Shown: one piece after another, positions 47,220-56,034 of the stretch
Layout of the letters: each line of letters begins with the position of its first letter
How positions within the stretch are numbered: the stretch's first letter is position 1
Assembly: GCA_041179465.1 (NCBI GenBank)
Contig: JBEGTJ010000003.1
Coordinates: 2,229 to 66,228, forward strand
DNA from: Bacteroidota bacterium
Lineage (GTDB): Bacteria > Bacteroidota > Bacteroidia > Flavobacteriales > Schleiferiaceae
Direction: 5' to 3'
DNA length: 64,000 nt
Notes under the pieces: model-generated
The model's database searches: none
The model's input: only the letters and a program-made list of their open reading frames with translations
Told to the model about the DNA's origin: nothing
Program-made: the position numbers and the translations under genes

Positions 47220-48227
47220 TCAGCCGCGAAGAAATCCCTCGGCTTCGAGGACCATCGCGGTGGAGCCGGCAAAGTACGGCACGCGCTGGTGAAGTTCCTC
47301 GGGCTTCAGGTCCAAAATGCGCTGAAATCCGTCGGTGGCCCGTCCGCCCGCTTGCTCGGCGATGAACGCCAAGGGATTGCACTCGTACAGCAGGCGCAGC
47401 TTGCCCTTCGGACTCTTGGTTCCGGTGGGGTAGATGTAGATTCCGCCCTTGAGCATGTTGCGGTGAAAGTCGCTCACCAGCGAGCCGATGTAGCGCGACG
47501 TGTAGGGACGGTCGGTGGCCGGATCCAGCTCCTGGCAGTACTTGATGTAGCGCTTGACGCCGTCGGGAAAGTGCACGTAGTTCCCCTCGTTAATCGAATA
47601 AATCACGCCGCGTTCGGGCATGCGGATGTTCTCGTGGCTGAGCAAAAAGGTTCCGAGCGAAGGGTCGAGCGTAAAGCCGTGCACGCCGTGGCCGGTCGTG
47701 TAGACCAGGATCGTCGACGAACCGTAGATGACGTAGCCCGCGGCCACCTGGGCGCTGCCCGGCTGCAGAAAGTCCTCGAGCTGCACGGGGGTTCCGACCG
47801 GCGTGACCCGGCGGTAAATGCTGAAAATGGTACCGATCGACACGTTGACGTCGACGTTGCTCGAGCCGTCCAGCGGATCCATGGCCACGACGTACTTGGC
47901 GTTGGCGTGAATCGGGTCGGTAAAGGCGATGAAGTCTTCGAGCTCTTCAGAGGCTACACCGGCGACCTCGCCGCGCTGCCGCAGGGCCTTGATGAACACG
48001 TCGTTGGCGTACACGTCGAGCTTCATTTGCCGTTCGCCCTGCACGTTGTCGGCGTCGGTGGCGCCTAAGATGTCGGCGATTCCGGCTCGGTTGATTTCGC
48101 GGTTGACGACTTTGGCGGCCAAGCGAATGGCCGAAAGAAGGGCGGTCAGCTCCCCTTTGGCGTAGGGAAACATTTCTTGGTTCTCAACCAAGTACTCGCC
48201 CAGCGTAATAGCGCGTGCTGCACTCAT
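47220..48227 (-). CDS. fbp: fructose-1,6-bisphosphatase class 1
   Basis: [13 protein letters not shown] start, [12 protein letters not shown] metal-binding motif, GGIYIYP and [11 protein letters not shown] motifs. Confidence 0.9.
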   Translation of the reverse strand: MSAARAITLGEYLVENQEMFPYAKGELTALLSAIRLAAKVVNREINRAGIADILGATDADNVQGERQMKLDVYANDVFIKALRQRGEVAGVASEELEDFIAFTDPIHANAKYVVAMDPLDGSSNVDVNVSIGTIFSIYRRVTPVGTPVQLEDFLQPGSAQVAAGYVIYGSSTILVYTTGHGVHGFTLDPSLGTFLLSHENIRMPERGVIYSINEGNYVHFPDGVKRYIKYCQELDPATDRPYTSRYIGSLVSDFHRNMLKGGIYIYPTGTKSPKGKLRLLYECNPLAFIAEQAGGRATDGFQRILDLKPEELHQRVPYFAGSTAMVLEAEGFLRG

Positions 48228-48306
48228 TTCGTGGTTATCAAGGGTTGCGGTAAAGATAGCGGAATCGCTGTACTTTCGCCCCGTGGAGGCCCATTCCGTG
48301 GAAATT

Positions 48307-48786
48307 ATGATTCGCAAAGCCGCCGCGGCCGACGTGCCGGCGGTACTCGGCCTAGTTCGCGTGCTGGCGGACTACGAACGCGCCCCTCAGGAGGTCACCC
48401 TCACCGAAGCCCACATGCGCGCCGACCTCGAAGCCGGCCATTTTGAGGCCTGGCTGGCCTGGAACCCCCAGGGAGAGGCCGTCGGACTGGTGCTCTGCCA
48501 CCGCCGCTACTCGACCTGGAAGGGCCTGACCGCCCACCTCGAAGACCTGGTGGTGCTCGAGTCCTTCCGAGGCCAGGGTCTGGGACGCCGCCTGCTCGAA
48601 GTGGCCGTGGCCTGGGCGCAATCCATTGGGGCCCAGCGCCTCCATTGGGAGGTCCTCGACTGGAACCAGCCCGCGATCGACTTTTATGAGGGCTTGGGGG
48701 CCGACCTCAACCGCGACTGGATTCCCTGCCGCTTGGCCGGGGACGCGCTCGCCCAATTCACCTTTCGCTACCCCCGTTTGCTTTGA
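48307..48786 (+). CDS. GNAT-family N-acetyltransferase (SSAT/diamine-acetyltransferase-like)
   Basis: [30 protein letters not shown] (acetyl-CoA motif A Q/RxxGxG) and [13 protein letters not shown]. Confidence 0.8.
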   Translation: MIRKAAAADVPAVLGLVRVLADYERAPQEVTLTEAHMRADLEAGHFEAWLAWNPQGEAVGLVLCHRRYSTWKGLTAHLEDLVVLESFRGQGLGRRLLEVAVAWAQSIGAQRLHWEVLDWNQPAIDFYEGLGADLNRDWIPCRLAGDALAQFTFRYPRLL

Positions 48787-50042
48787 GTACCTGGTCCATT
48801 TTCAAGTTTGGCGGAGCCTCAGTCAAGGATCCCGAAGCCCTGCGCAACGCCGTTCGCCTGGTTCGCGAGTACGGAACCCATCCGCTGCTCGTCGTGGTTT
48901 CGGCCATGGGCAAAACCACCAACGCCCTCGAGCGCTACATTCAAGCCCGCGAGCTGGGCGATGCCGCCGCCGCCCGTGCTGAGCTCGACGGAATCCGCGC
49001 CTTTCACGACGAGATGGCCCGCGACCTCGGGCTGCTCGACGCCGCCCTGCAGGGGCAGCTGGACGCCCTCTGGGCCGCCGCGGAGCGGGTCGACTCTGCC
49101 CAGGCCTACAACCCGCGCTACGACGCGGTCGTTTCGCTGGGTGAACTGGCTTCGTCGCGCATCCTCGCCGCGGCGCTGAAGGCCGACGGCCAAGACGCGG
49201 ACTGGCTGGACGCCCGCGAGGTCTTGGCGACCGACGCGGTCTACCGCCGGGCCACGGTCGATTGGGCGCATACCGCGGAACGCACCGCGCGGGCCCTCGC
49301 TCAGCCTTCTGGAGTTACCGTGACCCAGGGCTTCATTGGCGCGGCCCCCGACGGCAGCACCACCACCTTGGGCCGAGAGGGCTCCGACTACAGCGCGGCC
49401 ATCTTTGCCCACGTTCTGAACGCAAGCAGTTTGAGCATTTGGAAGGACGTTCCGGGTATGCTCAGCGGCGACCCCAAGGTGTTTCCGTCGGTGGTCCGCC
49501 TCGAGCAAGTGCCCTACCGCGAGGCCATCGAACTGGCGTTTTATGGGGCGAGCATCATCCACCCCAAAACCATTCAGCCGCTCGAACAGGGCGGAACCAC
49601 CCTGCGCATTCGCTCCTTCGTCGACCCCAAAGCGCCCGGAACCGAAGTGGGCCCCTTTGCCGCCCTGAAGCCTGAAGTTCCGTGCTGGATTCGCCACGAA
49701 AACCAGGTGCTCATTGAGGTTTCGAGCCGCGACCTGAGCTTTTTGTCTGAGGGCCACCTCAGCGAAGTCTACCGCATTTTTGCCGAAGAGGGCCTTTTGG
49801 TGCGCGCCGCCCAGCACACCGCGCTCTCCACCCGCTTTGCGGTGAACGACGACCGCGTGGCGGTTCCGCGCGCGCTCGACCGGCTCAACGGGCCCTACCG
49901 GGCCAGCGCCGAGTACGGCTTAAGGCTGACCACCGTTCGCCGCCCCGACGCCGACTCCTTGGCGATGCTGCTCGCGGGAGGCCCGCTGCGCATGGTGTTA
50001 CGAAATCATGAAGTCGCCCAGGTGCTGACGGCACCGAACTAA
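48783..50042 (+). CDS. lysC: aspartate kinase (monofunctional)
   Basis: IFKFGGASV, VVVSAMGKTTN and LGREGSDYSAA motifs plus C-terminal ACT-like repeats. The TTG start overlaps the GNAT stop. Confidence 0.85.
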   Translation: MSTWSIFKFGGASVKDPEALRNAVRLVREYGTHPLLVVVSAMGKTTNALERYIQARELGDAAAARAELDGIRAFHDEMARDLGLLDAALQGQLDALWAAAERVDSAQAYNPRYDAVVSLGELASSRILAAALKADGQDADWLDAREVLATDAVYRRATVDWAHTAERTARALAQPSGVTVTQGFIGAAPDGSTTTLGREGSDYSAAIFAHVLNASSLSIWKDVPGMLSGDPKVFPSVVRLEQVPYREAIELAFYGASIIHPKTIQPLEQGGTTLRIRSFVDPKAPGTEVGPFAALKPEVPCWIRHENQVLIEVSSRDLSFLSEGHLSEVYRIFAEEGLLVRAAQHTALSTRFAVNDDRVAVPRALDRLNGPYRASAEYGLRLTTVRRPDADSLAMLLAGGPLRMVLRNHEVAQVLTAPN

Positions 50043-50051
50043 CTTTGCCGC

Positions 50052-51830
50052 ATGACGACCAAGCCGCTGATTTCCCTTGACGAAGTTCGCGGCTTCTTGG
50101 GCTGGCCCCGGGCCGCGAAGCCCTTGGTTTGGCTCCTCTTTGCGCTTTTGGGCTGGCACCGCCTCAACCGGGTCTACGCCCGCTTTGCCGACCGCCAGGG
50201 GCCCGAATTTGCCCGGGCCTTGCTCGCTTCGCGCGGCGTCAAGCTTCGCTACTTTCCCAGCGACCTGGACCGCATTCCCCGGTCGGGCGGGGTCGTTTTT
50301 GCCGCGAACCACCCCCTCGGAGCGATGGACGGCCTCGCCCTGCTGCACACCATCGCCGCGGTACGCCCCGACGTGCGGCTGGTGGGCAACGCGCTGCTCG
50401 AGCGCATCGAGCCCTTGAGGCCCTACCTGATTGGCGTGGTTCCGTTTGAAGGCGCCCACCGCAACCCGGTGGCTTCGGGGCGCGGACTCCTCGAGGCCAA
50501 GCGGTGGGTCGAAGAGGGCGGTGCCCTGGTCGTCTTTCCGGCCGGCGAAGTTTCCTCGTGGTCGCCCGGGCGCTGGGGCGTGCACGACCGCCCGTGGCCC
50601 CGTGCCAGCCAGCGCTTCCTGCACGAGGTCGGAGCGCCGGTGATGCCCGTCGACGTTCGGGCTTCCCTCTCCTGGTACTTCTACGTCCTCGGACTCTTCG
50701 GTCCCTGGCTTCGCACCCTGCTGCTGCCGGTCGAGGCCGTGCGGCCTCGTTGGTTCTTCAGCATCGACCTGCGCTGGGGTAAACCCCTGAATCCCGAGGC
50801 TGGGCAGTCTGCCGAGGCCTTCGCCGACCTGATTCGCCAACGCCGCCGCCAGCTGCGCACCGTGAAGCCCCGAAAGGCCCGCCGCTGGAAGTTCAAACTC
50901 TTCGCGCTGCGCCGCTTGGAGCCGATTGCGCCCGAGGGGTCCGCGCCGCAGCTGGCGGCCGAACTCGCGGCCCTACCGGCCGAGGCCCTGCTCACCCGCC
51001 ACCGGGATTTGTCGGTGTACCTCGCCAAAGGCCGCGCCATTCCCGCGGTCGTTCAGGAACTGGGTCGCCTTCGCGAAATCACCTTTCGCGGCGTAGGAGA
51101 GGGCAGCGGCAAGGGGCGGGACCTCGACCGCTTTGACCCTGAGTACCACCACCTCGTGCTTTGGAACGAGTCAGAACAGGCCATTTGGGGCGCCTACCGC
51201 TTGGGATTGGGGTTTGAGCTCTACCCTCAGGGCGGAATGCGCAGCTTCTACCTCAGCGGCTTTTTCAGAGTCCGGCGCGAAGCCCACCGCTTTTTTGCGC
51301 AGTCCCTCGAAATGGGGCGTGCCTTTGTAGTCCCGGCGGCCCAGCTCAAGCCCATGCCGCTTTACCTGCTTTGGAAGGGAATCGTGCACGTCCTGCTGCG
51401 CCATCCGGGCCAGCTGCGCTACGTGGTGGGATCGGTTTCGGTGTCCAACAGCTACTCGCGCCACAGCCAGGCCGTCATGCTTGGCTTTTTGCAGCAGCAC
51501 TTCAGAGACGCCCACTGGGCCCGCTACATTCTTCCCCGCAAGCGGTTCAGGCTGCGGCTCCGCGCCCGCGACCGCGAACTCATCGCGCACAGCGAACCTG
51601 CCGACATGCAGCGCTTTGACCGCTTAATCGCCGACATTGAGCCGCACAACCTGCGTTTTCCGGTGCTGATCAAAAAGTACGTGGGCCAAAACGCCAAGGT
51701 GATTGCGTTCAACCGCGATCCGGAATTCAACACCGTCGACGCCCTGATGTACATGGACGTCAGCGAACTGCCGCAGGAAACGCTGCGGCCGGTGCTCGAA
51801 GAGCTCGAGGCGGCTCAGTCCCAGGTGTAG
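50052..51830 (+). CDS. OlsF-like bifunctional aminolipid acyltransferase (N-terminal PlsC-type O-acyltransferase, C-terminal OlsB-type N-acyltransferase)
   Basis: N-terminal half: HX4D motif NHPLGAMDG and VVFPAGEVS. C-terminal half: ITFRGVGEGSGKGRDLDRFDPEYHHLVLWNESEQAIWGAYRLG, the OlsB/GNAT-like hemolysin-type pattern. At 592 aa it matches the OlsF architecture described for Serratia and Flavobacterium. Confidence 0.7.
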   Translation: MTTKPLISLDEVRGFLGWPRAAKPLVWLLFALLGWHRLNRVYARFADRQGPEFARALLASRGVKLRYFPSDLDRIPRSGGVVFAANHPLGAMDGLALLHTIAAVRPDVRLVGNALLERIEPLRPYLIGVVPFEGAHRNPVASGRGLLEAKRWVEEGGALVVFPAGEVSSWSPGRWGVHDRPWPRASQRFLHEVGAPVMPVDVRASLSWYFYVLGLFGPWLRTLLLPVEAVRPRWFFSIDLRWGKPLNPEAGQSAEAFADLIRQRRRQLRTVKPRKARRWKFKLFALRRLEPIAPEGSAPQLAAELAALPAEALLTRHRDLSVYLAKGRAIPAVVQELGRLREITFRGVGEGSGKGRDLDRFDPEYHHLVLWNESEQAIWGAYRLGLGFELYPQGGMRSFYLSGFFRVRREAHRFFAQSLEMGRAFVVPAAQLKPMPLYLLWKGIVHVLLRHPGQLRYVVGSVSVSNSYSRHSQAVMLGFLQQHFRDAHWARYILPRKRFRLRLRARDRELIAHSEPADMQRFDRLIADIEPHNLRFPVLIKKYVGQNAKVIAFNRDPEFNTVDALMYMDVSELPQETLRPVLEELEAAQSQV

Positions 51831-52477
51831 ATCGAGTACAGCATTCCGAGGCGGAGCTGCAGCAAGACGTCTCCGCCTTCTTGGTCGGGGCGCGTGAAGC
51901 CTTCGAGGCGGTCGCCCGGTACGCTTTGCAAAATTCCCTCGACGAACCACGACCAGTGTTCGCTGACGCGGTGCGTGACGCCGATTCCGCCGCCCAACGC
52001 GGGGCTGATGTTGGTGCCTTCGTGAAACTCCGTGTCGCCCGGGTAGGGAACGTTGGTGGCAAACTTCGACTGGCTGAGCACGCTCGAAACCTGCGCAAAC
52101 CAGTAGGGCGAGGTCGGATTGCGCTTCCAGTAGCGGCCGTAGGGTACCGCAAAATTGGTTACGCGCAGGCTGGGCTGCAGATAAGTCGACCGCACGTCGA
52201 TGCCGGTAAAGCCGTTAACCCCTTCGGTGGACTGGGCATAAATGCTGCCGTAGGCCAATCCCGCACTGACGTCCCAGCGCGAATTCAGCTGAAAGCCGAG
52301 GCTGAGGGCGCCGTGTCCGCGGGCTTCGCTGGCCGCTGAGGCAAACGACCCCCCGTTGAAGTCACCGGCGTAGCTGGAGCTGCCGAATCCGCCGCGGATG
52401 CTCACGGCTTGAAACGAACGTTGGGCGAATGCGGCGGCGCTGAGCGACAGGGCCAAAACGAAGTAGGTAGTGCGCAT
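51815..52477 (-). CDS. small outer-membrane beta-barrel protein
   Basis: Start MRTTYFVLALSLSAAAFAQ (signal peptide), alternating hydrophobic strands, aromatic C-terminus (LYSIYTWD). Confidence 0.6.
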   Translation of the reverse strand: MRTTYFVLALSLSAAAFAQRSFQAVSIRGGFGSSSYAGDFNGGSFASAASEARGHGALSLGFQLNSRWDVSAGLAYGSIYAQSTEGVNGFTGIDVRSTYLQPSLRVTNFAVPYGRYWKRNPTSPYWFAQVSSVLSQSKFATNVPYPGDTEFHEGTNISPALGGGIGVTHRVSEHWSWFVEGILQSVPGDRLEGFTRPDQEGGDVLLQLRLGMLYSIYTWD

Positions 52478-52541
52478 GAGGGCGAAGATAATCATTGCGG
52501 CGGCAGCTCCGCGCCTCCCCGCGCGCTTCTGCCGCAGGCAT

Positions 52542-52566
52542 AAAAAAACCGGCCCTTGCGGGCCGG
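52542..52566 (-). terminator. rho-independent terminator after the MORN-repeat gene
   Basis: The minus strand reads CCGGCCC-GCAA-GGGCCGG followed by TTTTTTT, 29 nt past the stop at 52595. Confidence 0.75.
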
Positions 52567-52594
52567 CCTCTAGGATCGGGCACGCGAAATGCCC

Positions 52595-52963
52595 TTACTT
52601 CACTGCCAAAAACTTGGTCGTAACCTGGCCGTTGGCGCCATACAAAATCAGGTACTGCTGGCTTTGGTCGGCGGCGGTGGTCATCCACAACCCGACCTTC
52701 TTGCCGTGCACGTACTGGCCTTGAACCACGGCCACGCCGTCTTCGGTGTACAGCACATACGAACCGTGGCGTTGGCCGTCGCGGTAGTACCCGCGCTCCT
52801 TAATCTGCCCGTTCGAATAATACTTTGTGATCTCCGTGCGGTCGCCAAAATCGGCGACGGTTACGCGTTCATTCGCGGTTGCGGTGGGTTCGGGGCGCAG
52901 GTCCTGAGCTTGAGCGATCAAGCCGGATGTCAACAGCGCCACTAAAAGAAAGTTGGTTTTCAT
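52595..52963 (-). CDS. secreted MORN-variant repeat protein (YwqK-like fold)
   Basis: Signal peptide MKTNFLLVALLTSGLIAQA, then repeats of the Y.NG....G.Y..G..HG type (YYSNGQIKERGYYRDGQRHGSYVLYTEDG...GQYVHGKKVGLW). Confidence 0.65.
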   Translation of the reverse strand: MKTNFLLVALLTSGLIAQAQDLRPEPTATANERVTVADFGDRTEITKYYSNGQIKERGYYRDGQRHGSYVLYTEDGVAVVQGQYVHGKKVGLWMTTAADQSQQYLILYGANGQVTTKFLAVK

Positions 52964-52978
52964 GGCGTCCGTATGTTA

Positions 52979-53012
52979 AGTTAACGTTATTCAAAGTTAA
53001 CAAAAAATTAAC
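52979..53012. repeat. AGTTAAC direct repeats in an AT-rich spacer
   Basis: AGTTAAC occurs at 52979-52985 and 52995-53001 (16-bp period), and TTAAC again at 53008-53012. Each contains the GTTAAC palindrome or a half of it. Confidence 0.6.
52992..52999 (-). promoter_or_regulatory. -7 box TAACTTTG upstream of the MORN-repeat gene
   Basis: Exact TAnnTTTG on the minus strand, 28 nt upstream of the ATG at 52963. It overlaps the AGTTAAC repeats. Confidence 0.35.
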
Positions 53013-53013
53013 A

Positions 53014-53925
53014 TTACGCAACCTCTGCCACGCGACGAACTAAAATTTGGGCCATTCGGGCAAAAGCCTGCTCGCTCCAGCCGGCTATGTGGGGCGTAAT
53101 CAGCACGTTAGGCTGCTCCAAAAGTTCGCTCCAAAACGGCGAAGCCTCGTTCAAACCCTCGAGATTGGGCTTCTCGAGGTCGACGACGTCGAGCCCAAGG
53201 CCGCGAATGAGGCCGTCCTGGAGCGCGCGCCACGCATCTTCGAGCGGCAAAATGTTGCCGCGGCTCGTGTTGATCACCCAAGGCTGGCGGGCGCAGCCCT
53301 GCCAGAAGGCGTAGTTGGCGTATCCCTTGGTCTCGGGCGAAAGGGGCAGGTGGAAGCTGATCACGTCGCATTCCGCCTGAATGCGGGCGAGGGTGGATTC
53401 GCCCTCAAAACCGCGGCGGTAGGCGTCGTGGGCCAGAACGCGCAGCCCAAGGCCGCGGAGCAGCGCCGCGAAGGCGGGCCCGGTGTGGCCGTATCCGACG
53501 ATGCCGACGGTGGCTCCGGCGAGTTCCCAGCCGGTGTTGCCGGCGCGGTTCCATTGGCCGGCGGCGACCTCGCGGGCCGACCAGGCCACGCGCTTGGTGA
53601 GGCCGAGCAGGAGGCCGAGGGCGTGCTCGGCGACGGCGGGGGCGTTGCCCTCGGGGGCTGACAGGCAGGCGATTCCGCGGGCCGCGGCGGCGGCGCAGTC
53701 GATGTGCTCCATGCCGCTGCCGAAGCGGGCAATCCACTTGAGCTGGGGGGCGCGGTCCAGAAGGGCGGCGTCGACGGCGAAGCGTCCGCGCAGCACCAGG
53801 CCGGTGGCCGACTGCAGGGGCAAGTCGGGCAAGGCTAGGGCGTAGCAGCGGTCCAGCGCGTAGCCCAGGGCCTCAAGGCCGTCTTCAAGAATAGGGTGGG
53901 TGGTGTCGACGAGCAGGGCCCTCAT
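53014..53925 (-). CDS. D-isomer-specific 2-hydroxyacid dehydrogenase family protein
   Basis: NAD-binding GIVGYGHTGPAFAALL, catalytic region NTSRG...D and TPHIAGWS. The start MRALLVDT overlaps the mgtE stop (ATGA). The longer ORF extension is rejected. Confidence 0.8.
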   Translation of the reverse strand: MRALLVDTTHPILEDGLEALGYALDRCYALALPDLPLQSATGLVLRGRFAVDAALLDRAPQLKWIARFGSGMEHIDCAAAAARGIACLSAPEGNAPAVAEHALGLLLGLTKRVAWSAREVAAGQWNRAGNTGWELAGATVGIVGYGHTGPAFAALLRGLGLRVLAHDAYRRGFEGESTLARIQAECDVISFHLPLSPETKGYANYAFWQGCARQPWVINTSRGNILPLEDAWRALQDGLIRGLGLDVVDLEKPNLEGLNEASPFWSELLEQPNVLITPHIAGWSEQAFARMAQILVRRVAEVA

Positions 53926-55271
53926 CCGAGCAGCGCGTTGGCGATGGCAAAGTAGATGCTCAGCCCCAAGATGTCGTTGGTCGTCGTGATGAACGGGCCG
54001 GTGGCCAAGGCGGGGTCGACGCCGTAGTGGTTCAGGGCCCAGGGCACGGCGGTTCCGAAAAGCGAAGCAAAAATGATGACGCTGAGCAGCGAAACTCCGA
54101 CCGCGACCGCAAAGAGCAGCCCGTGGCCCGCGGCCCACGAGTAGGCCAGGATGGCGAGGGCGCAGAGAAGTCCGTTCAAAAGGCCCACGCCCAGCTCGCG
54201 CGTCAGCCGCGACCAAAGGGTTCCAGGCATGTTGGAGTTGGCGAGGCCCTGCACGACGATGGCCGAGGACTGTACGCCGACGTTGCCGCCCATGGCTCCG
54301 ATGAGGGGCATGAAGAAGGCCAGTTGGGGCAGGAGCGAGAGTTCGCCTTCGTTGCGGCCGACGACGGTGGAGGTCAAGATTCCGCCCACGAGGCCCACCA
54401 TAAGCCAAGGCAAGCGCGCCCGGGTCATTTCAAAGAGGCCGTCGGTGGCCTCGACTTCGTCAGACAGACCCGACAGTAGCTGGTAGTTGCTGTCGGCCTC
54501 TTCCTGAATCACGTCGACCACGTCGTCGATGGTGATGCGGCCCAGCAGGCGGCCCATGTCGTCGACCACGGGCACCACAAACAGGTCGTACTTTTTCATG
54601 ATGCGGGCGACTTCGACCTCGTCAGTGGTCGAGGTCACCGAGCGCACGCTGCGGTCGTACACTTCGGCGATGGGCGTGCGGGCTCCGGTGGTGAGGAGCT
54701 TTTTGAGCGACAGCGAGCCCAGCAGGATGTCGCGGTCGTCGACCACGTAGACGGCGTGCACGACCTCGACTTCTTCGGCCTGGCGGCGCATTTCGCGCAC
54801 GCAGCGGCTAACCGTCCAGTTTTCGTTCACCTGCACGAGTTCGGTGGCCATCAGGGCGCCGGCCGTGCCCTCGGCGTGGGTCAAGAGGTCGGCCAGGTCT
54901 TTGGCGTACTCGACGTCTTCGATGTTTTGAAGGACCTCGCGCTTTTTCTCCTCAGACAGGTCGGCCATCAGGTCGGCGGCGTCGTCAGAGTCGATGTTTT
55001 CTAAGACGACCTCGGCGATTTCTTTGCCGGTGAAGTTTTCGAGGATTTCCGACTGCAGTTCGTCGTCGAAGTAGACCAAGATGTCGGTCCAGCGTTCCGC
55101 CGGGAGCAGCTGCAGCATCGCGAGCACCTCGGGCAGCTCGAGCTCTTGGGCGATTTCAGCGACGTCGGCCGAGTGCAGGCCTTCGAGCAGGTCGACGACG
55201 GCGGAATCCTGCCGCTCCGCCAGCAGGCGGCGCAGCTCAGCGCGCAGGTCGTGGGTCGTCGTCGGAGTCAT
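53922..55271 (-). CDS. mgtE: magnesium transporter MgtE
   Basis: N-domain, tandem CBS domains, and a 5-TM C-terminal domain with the GNVGVQSSAI and DPALATGPFITTTNDILG motifs. Confidence 0.9.
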   Translation of the reverse strand: MTPTTTHDLRAELRRLLAERQDSAVVDLLEGLHSADVAEIAQELELPEVLAMLQLLPAERWTDILVYFDDELQSEILENFTGKEIAEVVLENIDSDDAADLMADLSEEKKREVLQNIEDVEYAKDLADLLTHAEGTAGALMATELVQVNENWTVSRCVREMRRQAEEVEVVHAVYVVDDRDILLGSLSLKKLLTTGARTPIAEVYDRSVRSVTSTTDEVEVARIMKKYDLFVVPVVDDMGRLLGRITIDDVVDVIQEEADSNYQLLSGLSDEVEATDGLFEMTRARLPWLMVGLVGGILTSTVVGRNEGELSLLPQLAFFMPLIGAMGGNVGVQSSAIVVQGLANSNMPGTLWSRLTRELGVGLLNGLLCALAILAYSWAAGHGLLFAVAVGVSLLSVIIFASLFGTAVPWALNHYGVDPALATGPFITTTNDILGLSIYFAIANALLG

Positions 55272-56034
55272 GGCGCAAGGCGTGAGCCAGCGCGATGAAT
55301 TGGTCGACGCGGAGCTGTTCGGCCCGCAGCGAGGCCACCGATTCCAGCGCGCTTGGCGCGCTAAAGGTAAGGCTTTTCAGCGCGTTGCGCAGGGTTTTGC
55401 GCCGCTGACCAAAGGCGGTCTTGACGACCAGCGCGAGGTCGCGGTAGGCTACCGCGGGCGGTTCGGGCAGCCGTTCGAGGCGGATTACCGCCGACTTGAC
55501 CTTGGGCGGCGGATCAAAGGCCCCCTCGTTCAGCGTGAACAGGTAGTCGCAGCGGTAGTAGGCTTGGGCGAGCACGCTGGTGATTCCGTACTCCTTGCTG
55601 CCCGGTCCGCTGCAGATGCGCACGGCCACTTCGCGCTGAAACATGCCGACCATTTCGGGAATGCGGTCGCGGCGGTCGAGCATCCAGAATAAAATCTGGG
55701 TCGAAATGTTGTAGGGGAAATTCCCAACCAAGGCAAAGGGCGCCTCGGCCAGCTCGGCCGGCTCCTGCCAGCGCAGCAGGTCGGCGTGGTGCAGGCGGGC
55801 GCTGAGTTGCGGAAACTTGCTCTGCAGCACCGGAATGCTCTCGCGGTCCAGTTCCACCGCGTGCAGGGTCAGCGGGCGCTGCAGCAGGTACTGGGTCAGC
55901 ACGCCGGTTCCCGGCCCCACCTCGAGGGCTTGACGGCACTCCGCGAGCGTCAGGGCTTCGGCGGTGCGCTGGGCGGCGCTCAAATCCCTGAGGAAGTGCT
56001 GGCCCAGCTGTTTTTTAGCTCGGATTTCGGCCAT
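55237..56034 (-). CDS. rsmA: 16S rRNA (adenine1518/1519-N6)-dimethyltransferase
   Basis: KKQLGQHFL, VLEVGPGTGVLT and VGNFPYNIST motifs. The start MAEIRAKK shares one nucleotide with the upstream TAA. Confidence 0.9.
   Translation of the reverse strand: MAEIRAKKQLGQHFLRDLSAAQRTAEALTLAECRQALEVGPGTGVLTQYLLQRPLTLHAVELDRESIPVLQSKFPQLSARLHHADLLRWQEPAELAEAPFALVGNFPYNISTQILFWMLDRRDRIPEMVGMFQREVAVRICSGPGSKEYGITSVLAQAYYRCDYLFTLNEGAFDPPPKVKSAVIRLERLPEPPAVAYRDLALVVKTAFGQRRKTLRNALKSLTFSAPSALESVASLRAEQLRVDQFIALAHALRHDSDDDPRPAR

Noticed and set aside
47220-47222. Programmed TGA read-through or selenocysteine joining Fbp to Mfd
   Set aside because: I saw no SECIS-like hairpin directly downstream, and there is no precedent for such a fusion. 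I kept it only as one low-probability explanation within the mfd finding, not as a claim.
52595-52963. MORN/YwqK-like protein as the antitoxin of a toxin-antitoxin pair
   Set aside because: It has a cleavable signal peptide, there is no adjacent toxin-like ORF, and it has its own promoter and terminator. It is more likely a secreted repeat protein than an immunity or antitoxin component.
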